From contig NW_015171600.1 in assembly GCF_001447785.1 (NCBI RefSeq), positions 34,306 through 98,305 on the forward strand: DNA of 64,000 nt. Direction: 5' to 3'. The position numbers and the translations under genes are program-made. How positions within the stretch are numbered: position 1 is the first letter of the stretch; every line of letters starts with the position of its first letter. The stretch comes from Gekko japonicus (taxonomy: Eukaryota). The notes beneath the pieces were generated by a model, which worked only from the letters and a program-made list of their open reading frames with translations, was not told where the DNA came from and searched no databases. Of the stretch, positions 59,801 through 64,000 are shown piece after piece.

Positions 59801-62800
59801 TGGAATTTTTCTTTTGGGTGTGTGGTTGCAAAATGGAAGAACTCTAATACTGTGACAGACATAGATTTTGCTTAGATGCATTTGGTCTTACGTCATGCAC
59901 AGGCTTGCTGTGCTAATTATATAATTAAGTTAGTTACAGAAATAGGAAAAAAAATAATACAGCAGAGGTTAATTACTTCAGCAGCACTTGGCAATTAAGT
60001 GAGGAGAACTCCTTGGAGCAAGTTGCCAAGAAAAGAACATAAATTAAGCTCTGTCTTACTCATGCAGCCTTTTTATTGTGATTTGACAGAAATTAGCAGA
60101 CTGCATTGTAACAAGCCATCCATGGAATGGCCAGGGCAAGTGGATACATGAATTTAAACAGCTAAAGAAGAAATTGAACCAGACCATCTCTCATTTACCA
60201 CAGACCTTAATTAATGTTATTTATTCACTGGTCCACATCCACATTTGATGACAGAACTTCAGCAGAAGAGGAGACAGGGAACCTAAGAGGAAAAGGTCTG
60301 GAGAAGAAACAGGACTCCAAGGTATTCAATAATGTTATGCATTGGAAAATCAGTGTGTGGATGTAGAATGATTGTAGCACAGTTTCAAAGGCACTCCTTC
60401 CAATCTTCTACAATGATTTACTGTGTTACCTGGAAGTGTTTCATTACTCACAAATCATTTTTTTAAAAATTAAAATTACATCAGAGTGTTAGAAGAATTG
60501 CTCCTGGAGTGATTGGTGCCAGACTTTCTCTATTTACTCAAAGAGCCATGTCTGTTTCAGGTGGGTAGCCATGTTGGTCTGAAGCAATAAAACAAAGTTT
60601 CAGTCCAGTGGCACCTTTAAGACCAACAAAGTTTGGGGTATAAGCTTTTGTGTGCATCCACACTTTGTCTTCCAGAAATGGAAAGAGCCAATTGGGCAGT
60701 CAAAACATACACATTTATTTAGAATAAAATGGGCAGCCTAAAGAAAAGTGGAAAGACAAAGCATACTCAAATCTTCATAGCTGGATAGCAAAAAATACCC
60801 TAAGGGATTGGTTATTACTGTCTAATGGGGTAAAAGGTAGAATATAAATAAAATACACTTTGTTTGTTGGATTAGAAGGAATGGAGGGTTATACAGTATG
60901 AGATTCCTTAGTGGGTGAGAGATGGTCTTTGTGAATGGTCCTTGGTTCTCAAGGATGCCTGAATTGCAATTGCTGGGTATAAGAGCCCTTTTATTACCAT
61001 TGGGCTTAAGGACCATTGGAGTGGGAATCCGGAGCTGGGGGGGGAATCTAGTTTGGGTTAGAACTACCAGTGGGGCACCTTACTGGATTTGGGGAACCAG
61101 ACTGAGTTAAAATTAAGAAGGGAAAGGAATAGGGTGGCTGGTGGTGACGTCATTAAAGTGGTGGTTCTCTGAGTGATCCAGGATACCTGCTTTCATTTTG
61201 GATGAAATTGATCACTTGGAAACCCTAAGAGGGGAATGCGGTATTCATAGAATTCATAGAATCAGCCAGGTAAAGTCATAGTAATTCTCAGGCATCCAAG
61301 AAGGTCCTTAACAACAGGGCCCCAAGGCTCTCTAGAGCTCTGTCTGCGTACAATTTCCACTTACAATTTTAACTAATTACTGAAAAACTAATCCAAAAAA
61401 GAGGGACCCTATTGGCCAGTTTCCCTTGTCCAGTCTGTCAAGAATATAGGACTTCAAGGGAGAGGACTCCCAAAACACACATGTGGGGTGAGAGGTATTG
61501 TCAATGTAATAACAGCCTTTACATGTGGAGATGCATAAGGGATCAGGAAACTGTCCGTTGTCCCTTCCTATGCATGCAAGAGTTGGATATGAGTCCATCT
61601 GTGAGGTTTGGTATAGTTCCAAGTCAAGTTTCCAGAGTCCATGGACATGGAACTTGTAGAAGATTAGGTCTCAGCAAACTAACACGTGGAGGTGGGGACA
61701 GCCAGAAAGGTGTTGATCACCCATGCAGTTTGGCCATGTGCAGAATCTCCCATTCTTTGTTTATTCAACACAAGGTTAGCTACCAGGCTGAGATGGTCAA
61801 ACAAAGAATCCTAAAAAACCATTCGCTTATGTTAGTTTATTAACAGTGCAGTCAGAAGAACACTCCCCTGGGAGAAAAGACCATTGAATAGGCCAGAGTA
61901 GGCTTCTGAGGAGACCTGCTGAGGATTGTTCTCTAAAACATTTACTCCACTCAGCCCTACAGGTAACCTGCAACTGGATACTGACAGCAAAATGCCCAAT
62001 CTTACCTCCACGTCTGAATTCTTGCTCCTGGAATTTTCAGCTATCCGAGAACTACAGATCTTACATTTCTTTGTCCTCCTAACAGTATATGCGACTGTAG
62101 TGACTGGTAATCTTCTCATCATCATTGCTATAGTGCTCGATCACCATCTCCATACCCCCATGTACTTCTTCCTCATGAACATGGCTGTTATGGACCTTGG
62201 CTCAGTTTCTGTGATGGTACCAAATGCTATAGTCAATTCCCTCCTGAACACCAGGTCCATTTCTTATTCAGGATGTGTGGCTCAAGTATTTGTCTACTTC
62301 ATATTCTCAGGGTCAAATGTTGCCATCCTAACAGTAATGGCACATGATCGGTATGTTGCTATCTGCAGTCCATTGCAATATGAGACAATCATGCATAAAG
62401 GAGCCTGCATTCGGATGGCAGCCAGTGCATGGATTGGCGGTATACTTAATGCCGCTTTAAACACCGGTGGCACTTTTGCCATCACCTTCTGCTCCAATAT
62501 AATCAACCAGTTCTTCTGTGAACTTCCACAGATAGTAAAACTTTCCTGCTCAGACCTATATCTAATTGAAATTGGAATTATTCTGTTTAGCATCTGCGTA
62601 GCTGGAGGATGTTTTGTCTACATCATTGTAACTTACATGCAGATTTTTGCAACAGTGCTCAGGATGCCTTCTGTGCATGGTCGGAAAAAAGCCCTCTCCA
62701 CTTGCCTTCCCCACCTCACTGTGGTGTCTTTGCTTGTTTTCACTGCAACGTTTGCCTATGTGAGGCCTCCCGGTAACACTTCTTCTGAAATGAATGTAAT

Positions 62801-64000
62801 TTGTGCTGTTATGTATGCTATATTGCCTCCATTGCTGAATCCCTTCATTTATAGCATGAGAAACAAAGACATCAAGATTGCATTGTTAAGGCTGACTGGT
62901 TTTGGACAATTTCCCCAAATCAGCTCCAGCCAATTTTTTCGAGGAAAATGGCGTTGAATGATCTTTTTTGCGTGATTTTCTTTATTGGCATTGTATATTA
63001 AATTCTGTAAAGCACAAGCAGAAGTTGGTGGGCTTTGGCCTTCTTTTGCCTTTCCCTTTCTTCCAGTACTCAACTGTGAGGACTAAAAATTTGAAGCTTG
63101 GAGTTGGGGTTCCCACTTGGAACAAACATGATTTGAAACAGATAACTGCAATTAGAAGGTGGAAGACATTGAGGTCACCCTTCAGCTACAATCCCAGAAG
63201 GTCTTCTTGCCCCAATGGAAGGCATCTTGCATCACAACTCCAAGCCAATAATTCTGCCTGTGTCAAGAGATCACTATACCACCACTCAAAGACTGTTGCC
63301 TGCCCCTGGAGTAGGTGCTGGCATTTGCCTGCCTCTCATTCTTTCTGAGGTGGCACAATCCTGAGGGGGGGGGGACAATTGTGGCTCAGCACGGGGGCAC
63401 TGGCCAATCGAGGGCTGGCTCACTGGCCAGGATTTGGTGGCAGCTGCCCTTCCTCCTCAGATCAGTCCAGCGTGAGCCCAGAAGAGGACAGAACTGAGTG
63501 TCTGGGCAATGAAAGGCTCCACGTGGAGCGATGGTTACCTGGATGACCACACAGCGAACTTATCTGGGGTTTGGATCAGCAGGGGGAGGGGGTCCCGGAG
63601 GCCCTGGGCTGGTTGCAAGCACATTTCATCAGCAGGGGATGTCTCTGGGGGCCGACAACCAGTGTTTGTAGGTAATTCCAGCCAACTCTCCTTTTGGATT
63701 TTGGGTGTGAGCCACGGCAGCCAGCTGGCTGGTGGCTGCCACTTGCCTACCCACCACACTAGCTCACTGATCGGGTGAGCCCTCCCCCCACTTGGCAGGT
63801 TGCCAATACTCCAGGAGGCTGCAGGCCTCTGAACTCAGTCTGCCACCACCCCCACTCACTAGCTGATGCCTGCCTCCCCACCATGCCATCTCACTTTTGG
63901 GGGAGAGCCCTCCCCCCACAGCAGGTCGCCACCTCACCAGGCAGCAATATGGTGGCTTGTAGTAGTGGATGAGGTCTCCCCATGCCTCACCTCCAATAGC
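59640..64000 (+). repeat. Segmental duplication unit paralogous to 31128-39270 (more distantly to 3570-7460 and 17470-22260)
   Basis: Colinear non-coding similarity over ~2.3 kb upstream and >1 kb downstream of the OR ORF. Confidence 0.92.
61992..62957 (+). CDS. Olfactory receptor, class II, OR14-like (copy F), 321 aa
   Basis: Intact ORF with all OR motifs; closest paralog of copy D over TM3-TM5, the C-tail and the 3' flank. Confidence 0.96.
   Translation: MPNLTSTSEFLLLEFSAIRELQILHFFVLLTVYATVVTGNLLIIIAIVLDHHLHTPMYFFLMNMAVMDLGSVSVMVPNAIVNSLLNTRSISYSGCVAQVFVYFIFSGSNVAILTVMAHDRYVAICSPLQYETIMHKGACIRMAASAWIGGILNAALNTGGTFAITFCSNIINQFFCELPQIVKLSCSDLYLIEIGIILFSICVAGGCFVYIIVTYMQIFATVLRMPSVHGRKKALSTCLPHLTVVSLLVFTATFAYVRPPGNTSSEMNVICAVMYAILPPLLNPFIYSMRNKDIKIALLRLTGFGQFPQISSSQFFRGKWR

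Overview
Vertebrate (not prokaryotic) genomic DNA from a gapped scaffold with 5 N-gaps. The repeat content (tRNA-SINE with (TTC)n tail, BovB, CR1, L2, 5S-derived SINE) points to a squamate reptile, probably a gecko (inference). The window is a tandem cluster of class II, OR14-like olfactory receptor genes, all on the + strand. Five have intact single-exon ORFs (ATG at 6202, 20956, 36976, 45934, 61992), one is a full-length pseudogene (28251), two are heavily decayed OR fragments (~626 and ~22932), and one upstream block has lost its coding exon (7660-9457). The cluster is built from multi-kb segmental duplications, so paralogous empty sites define many insertions exactly. These include three unrelated solo LTRs, a Helitron-like element, foldback (Harbinger-like) and hAT MITEs, a CR1 with an uninterrupted ORF2 nested in a SINE, and an ORF1-only L1-like element nested in another L1. 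A 258-bp x ~19 near-perfect tandem array (54910-59800) is either a very young amplification or a gap-filling artefact. I found no CRISPR array, RNA gene or wholly new molecular system that I can support. The best leads are the ORF1-only (HAL1-like) retroelement, segment swapping between OR paralogs and the 258-bp array. All alignments were done by eye, so element edges without a TSD are approximate.
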